Below, one piece after another: positions 1-52,853 of a DNA stretch of 64,000 nucleotides. Source of the DNA: Tubiluchus corallicola (Eukaryota > Animalia > Priapulida). Made by a program: the position numbers and the translations under genes. Below the pieces are notes generated by a model. That model worked only from the letters and a program-made list of their open reading frames with translations, was not told the origin of the DNA and ran no database searches. Positions within the stretch are counted from its first letter, which is position 1. Each line of letters opens with the position of its first letter. Where the stretch lies: the NCBI GenBank assembly GCA_030141605.1, contig JAQGDQ010000140.1:62001-126000 (forward strand). The letters run 5' to 3'.

Positions 1-772
1 ATAATCAATAGTATTTAAAAAAACATTGTACGATGATACGAACGTTAAAGCTATTCGTCAATGAAGCTCTTGGAAATTACGGAAACTAGAATAATAATTT
101 TAAAACACACATTTTACTTAATGGACTCCAGGACAGTAGTATCTCAGTAAATTGTAGGATATTTACTCATGCGCATGATTATAATAAAGAAACTAAACAT
201 TTTAACTTGAGCTGAATTCTATATTTTCAGTTGAAAATGTCATGTATTATACGTTTGTTTGCCTCATATGTACTAGATTGCGACTGTCTTTTTCATTAGT
301 TAATATGCTTGTCTAATTGTGGATACCTACAGTAGCAGCAAACAAAACAGCTAAGTATTTCCAAGTGTGTATTCTACCATAATTTGGTTACTGATGATTT
401 GATGAGTGATATTGGGTGTTTGGCATCAGAAGTTTAAATCTTAAGAAAATTCTACGCATAATCTGTATTTTCGACAATTCTAGCTGCCACCCAAACTGCC
501 CTTTTTCATACTTATATCATCTATCTGCAAAAACCTTAAACAGTAAGGCCTATGGCTCTGCAGTCACGCTAATTGTTATGTAGATACTAATTATGCACTT
601 TGTCTTTCATGTTTTGTATATGTATTATCTCTGTAACCAGAAAACTTTTGTATCAGTTTTACTGAATGTCGAAAGGTTGTAAAATAAATATGTTTAAACT
701 AAATGACACCAAAGACAAAGTAATAAGTAATTATAAAAATTATTATTTGTGCTACCAGCTAAGAATGCTTAC

Positions 773-39457
<38,685 letters not shown>

Positions 39458-41058
39458 TAGAAAAACATGACCTGATTTGATACGACAAGTTTAGCGAATT
39501 TATTTCTTGTCTTGACTTGAACTCCAGTCCACCGAAGTGCGCCGCATTCGAACTAAAAAAACTCGTTCAAATCAATTCGAACTTTCGAATTCAATTTGAA
39601 CGTTCGAACTCGAACGTTCGATGCTCACCGTACCAGGCAGTTCATTAAGAAAAGTTTAACAGTTTCAAATAATAATTTATTCTTAGCCATAAGCTCACAA
39701 GGTATAAATTTGTGCTTTTATTTGCTATGACTTGCCAGACTGCACTCTCTCTCTCTAACTTTGCAATTTATGCAAATGATTTCAGTGGGAAAAGATGACC
39801 ACCATATTCCACGTAACAACATCCGATAAGCAACATTTCAAGTGTTTGAAACCGATGTTAAATTGGCTTCGAAGTAGCACTAAACTCAGCTGGCACCTTC
39901 AGAGCGAATAAGATGAAGCATCTCGATTGCCATCACTATGCTACATTAATTACTAAAAGAATTTAACATCAGTGCTTTTCTCTTGGAATTTTGTACAAGG
40001 ATGTTGGTTCGCTACAAATTACAGCCTCGCATGACTCAGAACATCCGCAGATATCTTCCATCATAGCAAATAATTTATATAAATTTTATTTAAGTCAACA
40101 CTCTTTCTTTGCAGTAACCTAGCCTGTACCATGAATAATTATTTACCTGTCTGTTAAAAAAGGAAAATGCTATTTTGGCGGCCACATAACCTTCGCTATC
40201 ATGGACAATAGGTGATTAACAATAACTTATAATTGTTGATTAAATTTGGTAGTAATGCTAAAGATGTTTAAAATTATGATTGCCAGTAATTTTGTTCACT
40301 GGAATTTGTAATTTTGTTATAATGTTGTACCTATTACACTCAACAGGCGAAATACAACCCAGTAAGCAAGAACTCAAAGCTTTATTCAATGTCACAATCT
40401 TTATTATGGTACAGTTTGACTACAAGACAATTGTGCAAAAAAAATATCACAGTCAAATATGTGTGCGAATTCTAACGCATACAATATGCATGGTACAGTT
40501 TTTCTCAAAAGACTTAGGACTATGATGCCCTAACTGTAACACAACATAGTGCAGGCTGAAAAAGTCCAAAACAAATTCTATTAATTTTATGAATATAATT
40601 TAAAGAAAAACTAAAAATCAGTTTAATACATGAATGAAAAACAGTCATGGCTAATGTTTTGCAAATAAAAGCCTATACAATAACTATACAAAATACTTGT
40701 GCAAAGAAACAGCACAAAAAGAACAAATAAAACACAACATTACGTTAACGTTTCACAAAAATTAATTAGAGGAATTATGGAACCCCAGATTTTGACTCAT
40801 CTAAAAACAAATTATTCAATATCACTTAGAACACTAGTATTTACACTAAACTTTCAAGACTATCAGCGTAAGAACTAGTAGATACAGCATTAATTGTACA
40901 TACATGCATGGACAATTTCTCACAAATTTATCTTGTTCTCAAAGCTTACTGGACTTCTTGGACATGTTTCATTGTTTCATAAAGTTGTTCAACAACCACA
41001 ACCATGCTGAAGCGTTATAACTATCTGTGTGATCACAAAGCCAAGTCAAGATTAGAAC

Positions 41059-41225
41059 CAGTGGCGGCTCATGCATAGGTACTAATGGAACATAGGTTCA
41101 TACGAACATAGGTGCATAGGTTCGTGCAGGGAACTGCAGCCCCCATATTTTCACTCAGTATTATCGATAATACTCGATATAACAAGTCTTTTTTCTTTAG
41201 TTCTTTCTTTATACTTGTATGGTCC
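41059..41225. mobile_element. Partial copy of the 31126 MITE
   Basis: Shares cagtggcggctc..gaactgcagc..attttcactca..ttctttctttatacttgtatgg. Confidence 0.65.
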
Positions 41226-44200
41226 AGAAAGTAGTAAAATTTGCTTCACAGCCCAAGCAACGTGGTGTTTGGGTGTTGTATGCATGAGACCACGCGCACA
41301 TCTCTGATAAGATGCTGCATTTTAGATAGAAAGAGTACTGTCGCAGTCTGTGTGATCACGAAGCCAATTAGAACTGCAAAGCAGTGCCTCGAGTTTAAAA
41401 TGCCTTCCCGGTAGCATTGATCTAAAATACAAAGAATCAATTGCGTTACAACAGCATAAAAATTAAACATTCTACTATTATGTACAATGACAAGGGTTGG
41501 ATATCACAGACCTGAAAAAATACAAATTTAGGTAAAAAAGACTCCATAAAACCTGCTAGGCGATCAATTTAGGTGGAGCACATACTGCAAAACTCTGCAT
41601 ACTTAAAAATCTCCTACAAACTATTAGCTTTCAAACTTCAAAAAAGTATTTAGCAAAAGAAACCGAGGTTTCCTATTTAGAGGCCATCCTGTACATAAGA
41701 GCTTTAGTTAATCACCCCAACTACTCAAAATGTAATTTTGTTCGAAAGGTACAAATATTTTTTGGCAATTTTTTTGCAGACGCAGGGCTGTCATCGAATT
41801 TCAACACTTAATAAAAACGCCAAAGAAAACAGAAAATTGGCTAATATCTGTGATTGTATCACCTGTTGCATTAAACTACCAAATTCATAAAAAGCTTTAA
41901 ATATTGAAACGAATGCAAATTTACGCGGAAGCTCCCTTTTGCTAAAAACTACTTGCACCTGTTTGTACTTCATGACATATCATCTATGAAATGACTTAGG
42001 TTAGACTACTTCATTTTTCTGCAGAATTAACTGTCTGGTGTCTCATAACCCCTCTTAAACCCTTGCCATCAGCATTCCGGCAAAATATGCCCTAAGACGC
42101 AGACTAGAAAAGCAGAGTAGTCATCACTTGTGCAGTCAGTGCTCTAGTGATTGAGTTTCTTACTGTGTAATTGTTGTTATTTCTGTGGTTATCATGTGCT
42201 GTGTAAACTCTGCTTGATTAATTTAATTCCATGTTACGCAATATGTAATAGTATTGGTGTGCGGCAACATTCATTTTGCTATCCCTTATGTTTACTTGCA
42301 CAACCCAGTTAAAGACCAAACTGGCACATGTCTAATTCAGACTTTTGCACTCCCGAAATGAAACCTTTGGTAGCCACTAGATCACCTTTGGAGCTCAATT
42401 TGCGACAACATCGTCTATTTGTGGTCTGTTTATGGTTTCAGGTGTTGAGACTTTACACAGACTAATTTATTTTCATATAAAACGAAATTGACCAACTTAC
42501 CAATAAATGTTGCCGCTAAAACGAAAAGATCTTCGCTACTGCCTGTTTAGGTTTATCTTCATTTCACTGATCCCTAAAAAGTATAAAATACAGCAATAAT
42601 GATAAAACAAGATAACTATTTGTAATGTGTACTAACGCTTAGGAATAATACATACATCTGCACTATTGTTAGTGGAGGCTTTAGAAATGCTAGATGATAG
42701 GTAAATTACCTTCCAATTTCGTAGTCAGAAAAGTTTTTAAATCTCCAGAATTTTATTCTTGCCACGAATGCTCCAAACGCGTTTATAACCATATTGTGAC
42801 GTTATGCAACTGTTGTCGTGACATCACTTCATCATCTGCAGACACGACTCCTTTCTGCAAAATATGGCAATTGCGAGAAAACAAAGCAAATTACATGACT
42901 TAAACTACGACTAAATATTAGTTAAAATCGTAACTTTAAAATGTCAGCGAAATGAAATTTGAAAGTTTACACGCAGAGTGTCACTAATTTAAATTTATAT
43001 GAAATAAAAAAGAACAATTAACAGTGAAATTTAGTAGAAACCACCAACATAAGAAAACGATGAATGCAACTATTGTCGCAAAATAACTATTTTTATTTCC
43101 TACAGATGCTTTCACCTGGCGGACTTCATCGCGTAAAAAATTACAGACAAAATGTTAAAAACAGCATACACCAGTGTGAAACAAGGGCATTAAAAGCAGC
43201 TTACATCATAGAAATGTATTGAGTCGTTGATTTAAGATACAATAAGCTAGAAAAAGAGTAAAAAATTGACTGCATAGGAAGAAGAAACAAGCACCGTGCA
43301 ATTGCTCTTGCCACAATAAAATCATTCAACATTTTCTTAAGTTAAAAAGGCAAGTCTCAGGAGAGCTCATTCACGTAGAAACTATTAAAACGACTTCTTA
43401 AGCTATTCTTTGATTGAGTACTGTGAAGTTGGGCAGTTAGCAGTACAGCGAGAGGACGTTAATATTGTTACTCTAGCTAGAAATGTTAAAAGCACAGCAG
43501 TTTTGATGCGCATACTTCCATCTGTGTCCAATTCTACAGATGTTTACATTACACATCCATTTTTAACAGTTTATACGCTAAAGCACTATAGGAGAGTTAC
43601 GACTATAGGAGATATGCATCATCGCATTAATCAAAAAATTTTGCAAGTCGTCACATTTCTGTAGCAAAATTGGGACTCATTTGCTCAAGAATATTTTTAC
43701 TCTGTTTACACGTTCTTTGTTCAAAGCTGAAGCATACTCACAATTCTGCTTGCAATGCTCACATTTTGTTACAATAATTACAACATATACTGATTTGATT
43801 TTGAATTCCATTTTTATGGCTCAAAGATAACATATCTACAAGCAATAAAGAATATTCTTTGAAATAAACGGACACATTAAGAACCAGAAATCATACTTCA
43901 TCATAATAGTCCAGGACATATAATGTATTCACGTTTAGGTTTAGGTCGAGGAGTATGTCTCTTGATATTACCAAGCAGAAACACATTTCCAAACTCACAG
44001 TATTTAGCAAAGCATGTAAGGTCAACATTAATGAGATTTCGGGGCACACTATGTTAAAAAACTAACAAAAAATAAGGTTACCATTTAATTCGAGAAGTTT
44101 GTTTACAGAAGGAGAGAAGGCCAGAAGGAGTCCAGATGTATGTGCGGAGCCATAATGTCTGTTAATTCGTCTCAATTTTGCAAATTCCTGGCACAAATTA

Positions 44201-46703
44201 GAACTAGAAAATGTAGTCGTAGGACATCTGCAAACCATCGTCGGTCGCTTCCTCACGATTTACACTACCAACAGGATCACTAGCCAACAAATAAATTAAG
44301 AAAATGCAAATTAGTAAAATAACTAAACACAAACAGAAGCCGTAAACTGTTAAGAAAATGATTCAGTTTGTCTAGAATCACAGTTGAGTGACAAACACTA
44401 AAGTAAAAGTTTTGTTCATCATTTAATCACGTAAGCTTTTACTGACGCTTTTAGTTACGTCAAACACTATTAAATGACGCTCTCACAGACAACATTGTCA
44501 TTTTAAAAACTATCACAGCTAGTAAGCGAAACGACAAACCTCATTCAATCGGTAAACTCTGCTGCGCTACTTGTACAACCTTGCGAATCAACCATTAATT
44601 GTATCGAATTATTCTTAATCTAGCAGCGACCATGAAATCATAAAAGTTCACAAGTGGCTGAAACATGTTGACATTCGCACACTTATTTGAACTTTCGTAA
44701 CTTCGTCACACAAGTTATCATTTGGCTAAATGACTTGCGAATACAAAATATATCTTTGTAAGATTGATACGACATTCAAGTTCTTCTCTGTTTGTCTTCA
44801 CGTCACCAGTATCTTTTTTGTAAAAACATTCTTGTCACACTGGGGCATCACATCAACTTAGCAAGCTCTAAATTTGCACAAAAAATGACGATTTCCGAGC
44901 CAAAATCTTCTCAAACCATAAGTACGCACATTTTATTCAACTTTGCACATAATGTGTGCATGTTTGTCTCTTACGACTAAGCCTTTGAATCAGCGTATTT
45001 CCCTTCACTTACGAGTGACTCGAGCAAATACTTGTTTAGCGATGTATCCAGTACCAGTACCTTGTCTCAGTATCGGCTCCAGTACCATGTCACATCTGGT
45101 AAAGAGGTATCTTATGCCAACTTTATTTTTTGTCGTATGCAGTGGCTAGATAAATACATGCAGTAGAAGAACATCACAGTTTATGTTTAATGCTCAATGA
45201 TGTCAAAGGCGAGCAAAGAAATTCCGTCTAACCTACTAGTAATACGTCCTGGTTACTGGAGGCTGTGATTTCACTACGTTTCTTTCATTCCAAACAATAT
45301 CATATCTAACATTCCTGTAGCTGTCAGTTTTCATTCATCTGTAGACTCAGCAAACTGGCACTTCAACCCACTCAGTATGTCTAACGCTAACGTCCACTGC
45401 TCCATAATAAAAGACGATTGTTAAGAAGAGTGTGCAAAACAATGTCATGAGACATTTCATCAGAAGAATCTTAGAACTCTCATGATGCAGTCCTCAACTC
45501 GGGCCTTTCTAAAGCTTCTTACACAAATGTATGATAACTATGAACACCTCATCCAGTAACCTTCTCCTGGATCATTTTTAAGAAACAAACAGGTGAAAAC
45601 TTCTCCAACTAGTGTTACTCATATTTCATCACTTGTCTTAATCATCTGCAATGTCTCTATGTTTCCTGAAACTCTCTTTTTTGGCTTCATATTTCTGTTC
45701 ATGTCATGGTTTCCAGTTTAATACTAGTCTCTGAGCTTTTGGCTGACGTGTTAGTGACCAAAAGGAGACGACGGCCACATTTCTAGCCAAAAAGAGAAGA
45801 GAACAGTGTATTGGCTCCGATGTTGAATGGGGATGTCTGATAGCTAGGCGTATTAGAATAACTTCTACTAAAGGTTTGGAGGTTTGTTTTCTTCTGGAAG
45901 CCATGGCTGTAGCTAGATTCAATTTCATCTGGTACTTGACTGCAGCAAAATCTATTCTTTTTGTGAAATTTTAGTCACAAATTCAGAAGACGTCATCTTC
46001 TGTGCAGAAGTTGTGGCTCGATCCACAAGCGTTTTACAATTTTTTGAACTTGCGCTTCTTCAGTGACTCTTCTTGTCTCACTCTTATCCATTTCTGGATG
46101 CCACCAGCTAATTCATTATTTTCTTCTTTTCTTCTGCATTTGGCAAAATTAAGTGTTCTTCCAAAACACAACTTCTAAAACATCTTGCTGGCCTTTTCCT
46201 AATTTATTTAAGAAACTAAGGTGTTTCTTCCGTGTGCTTCAACATGCGAGGTAATTGCATTGCTGAGTGGTGACGACGTCGTCATTGACAACCGCAGTTA
46301 AGAATGCTGAGTCCATTAATAGATGGACGAACCACTTGGATACTCTTACTGGACATTTACTTGCCATGCCGATTCTGGCTATTTACCTTGTAGAGAGAGG
46401 ATGTATTCGCATCCAAATGCATACGACATCCCTACCAGCTCAGAGTTGCAAATTAGTTGCTTTTCGTCTCACCTTGAACATCTAAATTAAGTAGGCCTTG
46501 CACTTGTATGCTGGATTACACTTTTCAGCGCACAAAAGCATTTAAAATAAGCTCTCTTATTCATCTTCTTTTCTGTCTATGAAATTCTCAACTTCTGCTG
46601 CACCATTTATTTTGAATTCATCATTTTTCTTCAAAGGCTGCACGTTACGTACATAACTGACCAACCAGTGACCAGATTAGTGTTTCTGCAAGTAGATTTA
46701 GGA

Positions 46704-47000
46704 GCCATATAGGTATGCTGTGATTCTTCCAGCATTGGTAAACATGCAATACTAGCCCTTTATGTTTGACACCTCAATGTTGTAGTTGAGGCCTTTAGTT
46801 GGCCATATAGGTATGCTGTGATTCTTCCAACATTGGTAAGCATGCAATACTAGCCCTTTATGTCTGACACCTCAATGTTGTAGTTGAGGCCTTTAGTTGG
46901 CCATATAGGTATGCTGTGATTCTTCCAGCATTGGTAAGCATGCAACACTAGCCTTTTATGTCTGACACCTCAATGTTGTAGTTGTGGCCTTTAGTTGGTC
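46704..47000. repeat. 98-bp tandem repeat x3
   Basis: gccatataggtatgctgtgattc... at 46704, 46802 and 46900. Confidence 0.92.
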
Positions 47001-47483
47001 ACAAAATAATACCAACTATTTTACTCTGGCTGTCTCCTCCATTACAAGATCTTCTTCTGATGACTTCCACTATCAGAAAAACCATTTCTTTTCAGTGATA
47101 CTAACTACTGCACAATGCAGCAACTATTGCAGATTCTTGTAATAGCTTCTACTACTGTAAAAGCTACTTTCTTTTAGCGACCTTTATTGTTGCCTCATTT
47201 ATTTTCTTCTGATGGCCTCATCTATTGCAAAATACATCTTCTTCTAGTAACCTCAACAACATCCACTGGTAAGTTTGGTGACCACAAGTTCAAACACCTT
47301 CCTAAAAAGTGTTAACTGCAGCAACGCACATTTACTTCACCTCCAACTATTAAAAAATATTTTTTCTTCCTGCATTTTGGCTATAAAAAAATTATTTTTG
47401 CCTGGTGATTTCAGTCATCTCAAAATCAATTTTCATGACAATACTAACAGTTTTGGCATTTTCGCCATCCATTTGCTTCTGCT

Positions 47484-48288
47484 GGTCTTGACTACAGCAA
47501 GATCCAATTTTGTCTGGTAATCTTGACCATTGCAACAACCACTTCCTTTTTGTGGCCTTGACTACAGCAAGATCCAATTTTGTCTGGTAATCTTGACCAT
47601 TGCAACAACCACTTCCTTTTTGTGGCCTTGACTACAGCAAGATCCAATTTTGTCTGGTAATCTTGACCGTTGCAACAACCACCCTTTTTGTGGCCTTGAC
47701 TACAGCAAGATCCAATTTTGTCTGGTAATCTTGACTGTTGCAACAACCACTTCCTTTTTGTGGCCTTGACTACAGCAAGATCCAATTTTGTCTGGTAATC
47801 TTGACCATTGCAACAACCACTTCCTTTTTGTGGCCTTGACTACAGCAAGATCCAATTTTGTCTGGTAATCTTGACCGTTGCAACAACCACCCTTTTTGTG
47901 GCCTTGACTACAGCAAGATCCAATTTTGTCTGGTAATCTTGACCGTTGCAACAACCACTTCCGTTTTGTGGTCTTGACTAAAGCAAGATCTAATTTTGTC
48001 TAGTAATCTTGACTGTTGCAACAACCACTTCCTTTTTGCGGCTTTGACTACAGCAAAATCCAAATTTGTCTGGTAATCTTGACCGTTGCAATATCCGTTT
48101 CGTTTTGGTCGTCCTAACTACCAGCAAGATCCAAATTTGTCTGGTAATCTTGACCGTTGCAATATCCGTTTCCTTTTGGTGGTCCTGACTACCAGCAAGA
48201 TCCAAATTTGTCTGGTAATCTTGACTGTTGCGATATCCGTTTCCTTTTGGTGGTCCTGACTACCAGCAAGATCCAATTTTGTCTGGTG
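47484..48288. repeat. ~70-bp minisatellite, ~11 copies
   Basis: Unit gactacagcaagatccaattttgtctggtaatcttgacc...tgtggcctt; a variant subtype forms the right end. Confidence 0.95.
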
Positions 48289-51200
48289 ATTTTGATGGTG
48301 AAGTCCGTTTTCTTGTCACCGCATTGACCCCAAATCTGCAAAATCCAATTTCTATGGGCATCTATAGTTGTCAGATTCTTTTTCTCTATAACCATAATTT
48401 AGTGGGTCACTTCAAAATTCTTTCTTGCCTTTTCGTACAAATTTTCTGCCATTTTTGTTTAGGCATATCTCCACATCCACTGTAGTTAGACAAAGAAATT
48501 TTTAACAAGCTGTAAAGTAAATTTTAAAAATAAATTCAAGTACATGTAAATAAATGTAATAAACAAATATAAACAACGTATAAACAAATTTATTGACATT
48601 TAAAGATTGTCCAAGTTCAAGATAAAGCAAGACGTTAAGGACATACATTATAAAAGGGTGCCAAAAGCATTACTCTAAATGACACTAGTCATAATGCTAT
48701 TTCATCCATGTTAAGACTTTAGCCAAAATAATACTTTCGATGCTAATATAATTACAGCAAACCATTAACAATCATGGAGCTTCATTTTAAACTTAATTGA
48801 AACTATATCTGATGTTTTTTCCAGTAAGTTTTTCCTAAAAAAAGTAACTCAACATTTCAGACATTAACACTTATGTACAGTTTACAACTCTGCTATAAGT
48901 CTCAACTCATACACCTCGAACTTCTATTAAAGGTAAAATAAACTATTAACATAAAACTAAAAGTACAGATAAAGTACTGTCAGAAAAAAATTCTATGCGA
49001 AACAAAATTTGTATTCTACAAATTCGTACTGTACAATCACACTAATTAAAATGTTAATTAAACAAACACCAATTACAAGTCTTAAATTTTATGAGAAAAG
49101 AAATATTAGAAATTTTAACACCAACAATAAATTACAACAGCATCATGAAAATTACTGCAAAATTCTTTATGTCAAGAATCAAATTTTTACATAAAATTCC
49201 ACAATATTGTATAAAAAAGAGTTATTAATATAAAAGTTTTAATGTTCTTGAAACACCATCGTTTACATTAATAATTTTTTTATAAATGATATTGTGAGAT
49301 TTTAACGTAAGAATTACGAAATCTATTTCACTGTTCCTATGAAAATCTAGTAAACTGCATTCTCATTCCTGGCTCTAAAGCAGAATTGAGAAAATATCAC
49401 GTGAACAGGTAAAATATAAAAGAAACTTTTAGAATTACATTGCAACAACAGTCTAAAGCCTGGCATGGAATACATGCAAAGTACAACATATAGCAAGAAT
49501 GAGCTATGACACTTTTACTTTTCACTTCAGAAGAAATGCAAAATTTTCATTTTTTGATTTGGTAACTAAAAAATGTCAAATAGGTTACTGGTCAAAGGGC
49601 AACCAAGACTGGAGTTACTTTTGATTTTGGTAAAAAAAAACTTCAGTTTTGGCTGTATCACAATGTGCTAGCAAAGTTGGGGAATATGATTAAGGCTAAG
49701 CTAAAGGAAAATGAAACTATAAAATTGGTGGTAAAATTGAAAAAAGTTCTGGTTAAAAGAATTTGTTAAGTAGTTACTCTAACTAATAGAATAAGTTTCC
49801 ATCCTTTTCATCATGCGAATGTTGTTCATATTTATGTCCAGGGCAATAGACCGTGACTGTGGTAGTCCAACAGTGATGTAGTTACTCAAAGCAGTAGTCG
49901 GGCGGCTCAAATCTTTTGACTGTTGCTATATCAAGATTGCAGGTATCACACAATGCATGTTACATCTTTATGGCATGTCTGACATTTAGTCCCAAAAAAA
50001 GATGCAATTCCTCTGTAGATATTAAAGTCACAGGTACCACTTTCTTAAACTTAGTGCTGCAGAAATCATTTGGTTTTGTTTTCAATGATGTTCAGATGTT
50101 ATTCAAGCAATGCATTCGTTGTTCTGCCTCGGTGAAGAAAGAACAAACCAAATGGCATCAAATTCAAAAGTTTCCGTTACTGCATATGGTAGAGCTGGCT
50201 GAAATGAGAAAGCTTTGCAACAACTCAAGAATGTCAAGCTTCTTGACAGAACTATGAGTATGTGCCAGATCCACTGTATTCTTCTTGTAGATGCACATTA
50301 CGATAAGAATCAACAGTTTCATCAACGTCAAGCATCACAAAACCATTTATCCGGTGTATGATATCCTAGGAATACAAATCTTTCCCTTTAACGCGTGCGA
50401 CTCTCTCGTATCAGGTGTCACCTGAATTTTCACAATAAGAGAAACCATCTGAAACTTCTCATCTTGGAAACCGTTCTTGAAGAAACAAAAACGACAAAAT
50501 TTCCAGCACATTCTAATCTAGACATGCTTAGTCTTGGGCAAAAGATAGTCCTTGGTTATGAAAAACATTTTAGCTGTTGTGGAATGCAATGCTTGAAATG
50601 TGCCATCTAACGTCCAATTTGATTTACGTCCAACTCCCAAGACAGACTTCCTACGTTTCAATCAATTTTACATGTTCTATTGTTTTCACCAAAGATAATG
50701 CTTTCCTGTGGTATGAGTTAAATACTATGATGTTTTAGTTTCATCTTGCATTAGGTCAGCAGAATCACAATTCAGCATAATAACTTGCTAAGATTAATCC
50801 AATCTAAGGATCAAAATTTCCATTCCTCCAGCACAGCATCATCAGAAAGAGTAAACATCGAAGCTACTGTGTGAGTAGAATTTTTAACCGGTTCGTATCA
50901 TCAAGATAAAAAACGTGTGCAGTAGGTGACTTCAAAATGTAGAAGATAAAATGAGTGCAACTAATCCCAAGAAATCTTTCGAGGTGATAAAACTGAACAA
51001 ATTACACTGCAAAACATGCAGCTTTTTGTAGGCAGTGGCAAAACTTCATCACAAACAATTTCACACTTAGTGGTTAATAGTATAACCACATGTGCATCCA
51101 CTCTTAGAGCTAATAGTCTTGAAGATCTGTTTCTCGAGAATGAGCTATAGTTTCATCTTGCAAAAAATGCACTGCAGACAATTGGCTTACACTTCTGATG

Positions 51201-52174
51201 CAAGTTGGTGAGCTGCTAAATTCCCCCTTTTGTATTCCATTACTGTCATCATAAATAGATAATTGTTAAATTGCCATTATATATCTTACTGCTTCCATTC
51301 TTGCGAGAATATGAATCTTCAGAACACGGTTGTTGTTGACGATGCTAGATGTATTGCATTTGCATAGATTTTTAAGCAACGTATCTGAATACGTTTTGAT
51401 GAACGTGTGCAAAGATTGTCCAGTCAATAAAGATGTACTGTTCTGTGTGTCCAAGAACAAACTGGGCAGAATTTATGTAATTTTCTCATGCACACAACGT
51501 TCAGCTATAAATAATCTGCAAGGCCTTCCAGATTAAATGACTCAATTATATAAGTCACTAATAAACGTTACTCAGGCTAGATCATCCAAATGGCAATCTT
51601 AAAAACACATAGTCCGAAAGTCAATCAAAATGGCAGATGATCTGTTATTGTCTTTGCCATAAATTGTTGCATGGGCAGAAGCTTTAGAAAAAGTAAAATA
51701 TCCAAAGATAATGATGATCACACCACAGCTCTAGCATGTGCATACCGCATGATGATCAGCCACAGCTCTATCATGTGCATACCGCATGTATCACTTAGTA
51801 ACGTTCTTACGTACTAAGTGCTTAATCTAAGTAACGTTTCTATGTACTAAATGGCTAATCTACATGAGCAACCAGTGTCATGTATCTGTTCCAAAGAGTA
51901 ACCTACATTTGCATGGATTTACGTACAATTGTACAAGGTTCCCTCAACAGCTAATGTTTGGTAATGGCTTCTTGATTGTATGTCGTTGTTTTCATTGATA
52001 GGCAGTGCGGAGGAATTGTGTCACAGCAGCAAAAACCGTGAGTAGATTCATGTCTTGCTGCTATAAGTCATTGTTTCTCAGTAGACAGTGTTGAGTAATT
52101 GTGCCATGACATTGCTGTTCTGTCACACAACAGTTTGTCTTCCAAAGTGAGCTTCTCAGTTATCTACAAGCAAA

Positions 52175-52853
52175 CTAAATGTTTGAGGTAAAGCCCTGGC
52201 GGTGAGAGCATTCGCGAGCAAAGTGGCCGACTTCGTTACAAATGTGGCATCTCAGTGCTTTGGTGCATTCGTTGGTATGGTGGCCAAATCCCCAGCACAG
52301 TTCGCACTGTTTCACTACGCAGTTGCCGGTCGTGTGCTGGGTGCTCTGACACTTGAGGCATTTTTGCACGCCAGTCAGAGCACCGCAACTGCACTCCGAA
52401 CTGGGTTTACCGCACCGAGTGCAGCGATTTGCAAACTGCTGGGAGTAGTATGACGGAGTCTTGTAGTAGACATTCAGCGGACATCCGGCCTGAGCGTGTC
52501 CGGTGCGACCGCACGTCGCACAGAATGGCTGTGTGGTTGTAGAAGGTTTCCACTGGCAATACATGGACAAATGCCCGGATTGGCCGCACTTCTCACACGC
52601 AGCCGGCTGACTTGTCGCAGTTGTAGTTGCCGTTGCCATAGAGCTCGGGGGTGCGACTTTGGCTTGCGCTTGAGACTGAGTGAATCTCTTGATGCACGTG
52701 GTTGTCACGTGACCGGCTTCTCCGCAATTTTCACACCTCCGGAGTAGAGCCGCCGCCTGCTGGCTCAAAACCTTGGGACATGTCGACCGTTTGTGGCCCA
52801 GCTCACCGCAGGTGTGACATCGCATTCCGGGGTCCTCTACCTTCTTTTTACGA
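52175..52853 (-). CDS. Gene B terminal exon: 7 CCHC knuckles plus one degenerate Cys motif
   Basis: ORF 52175-52825: CHTCGELGHKRSTC, CENCGEAGHVTTTC, CEKCGQSGHLSMYC, CATCGRTGHAQAGC, CLKCQSTQHTTGNC, CELCWGFGHHTNEC, CHICNEVGHFAREC; tttcgttttag acceptor 28 nt upstream of the ATG. Confidence 0.92.

Larger units (their letters stand above)
42501..51540 (-). pseudogene. Possible decayed C2H2 zinc-finger gene
   Basis: Exon-like units with good splice sites but stops in all frames (42501-42573, 42710-42854); finger remnants FSSSNLCQEFAKLRRINRHYGSAH and CFAKYCEFGNVFLLGNIKRH at ~43950-44215; coding-like broken frames further upstream; boundaries uncertain. Confidence 0.3.

Noticed and set aside
40141-40170. 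Recursive-splice or 4-nt micro-exon motif (ttttaacag acag gtaaat, minus strand)
   Set aside because: It cannot be tied to a supported transcript, and such motifs arise by chance in AT-rich DNA.
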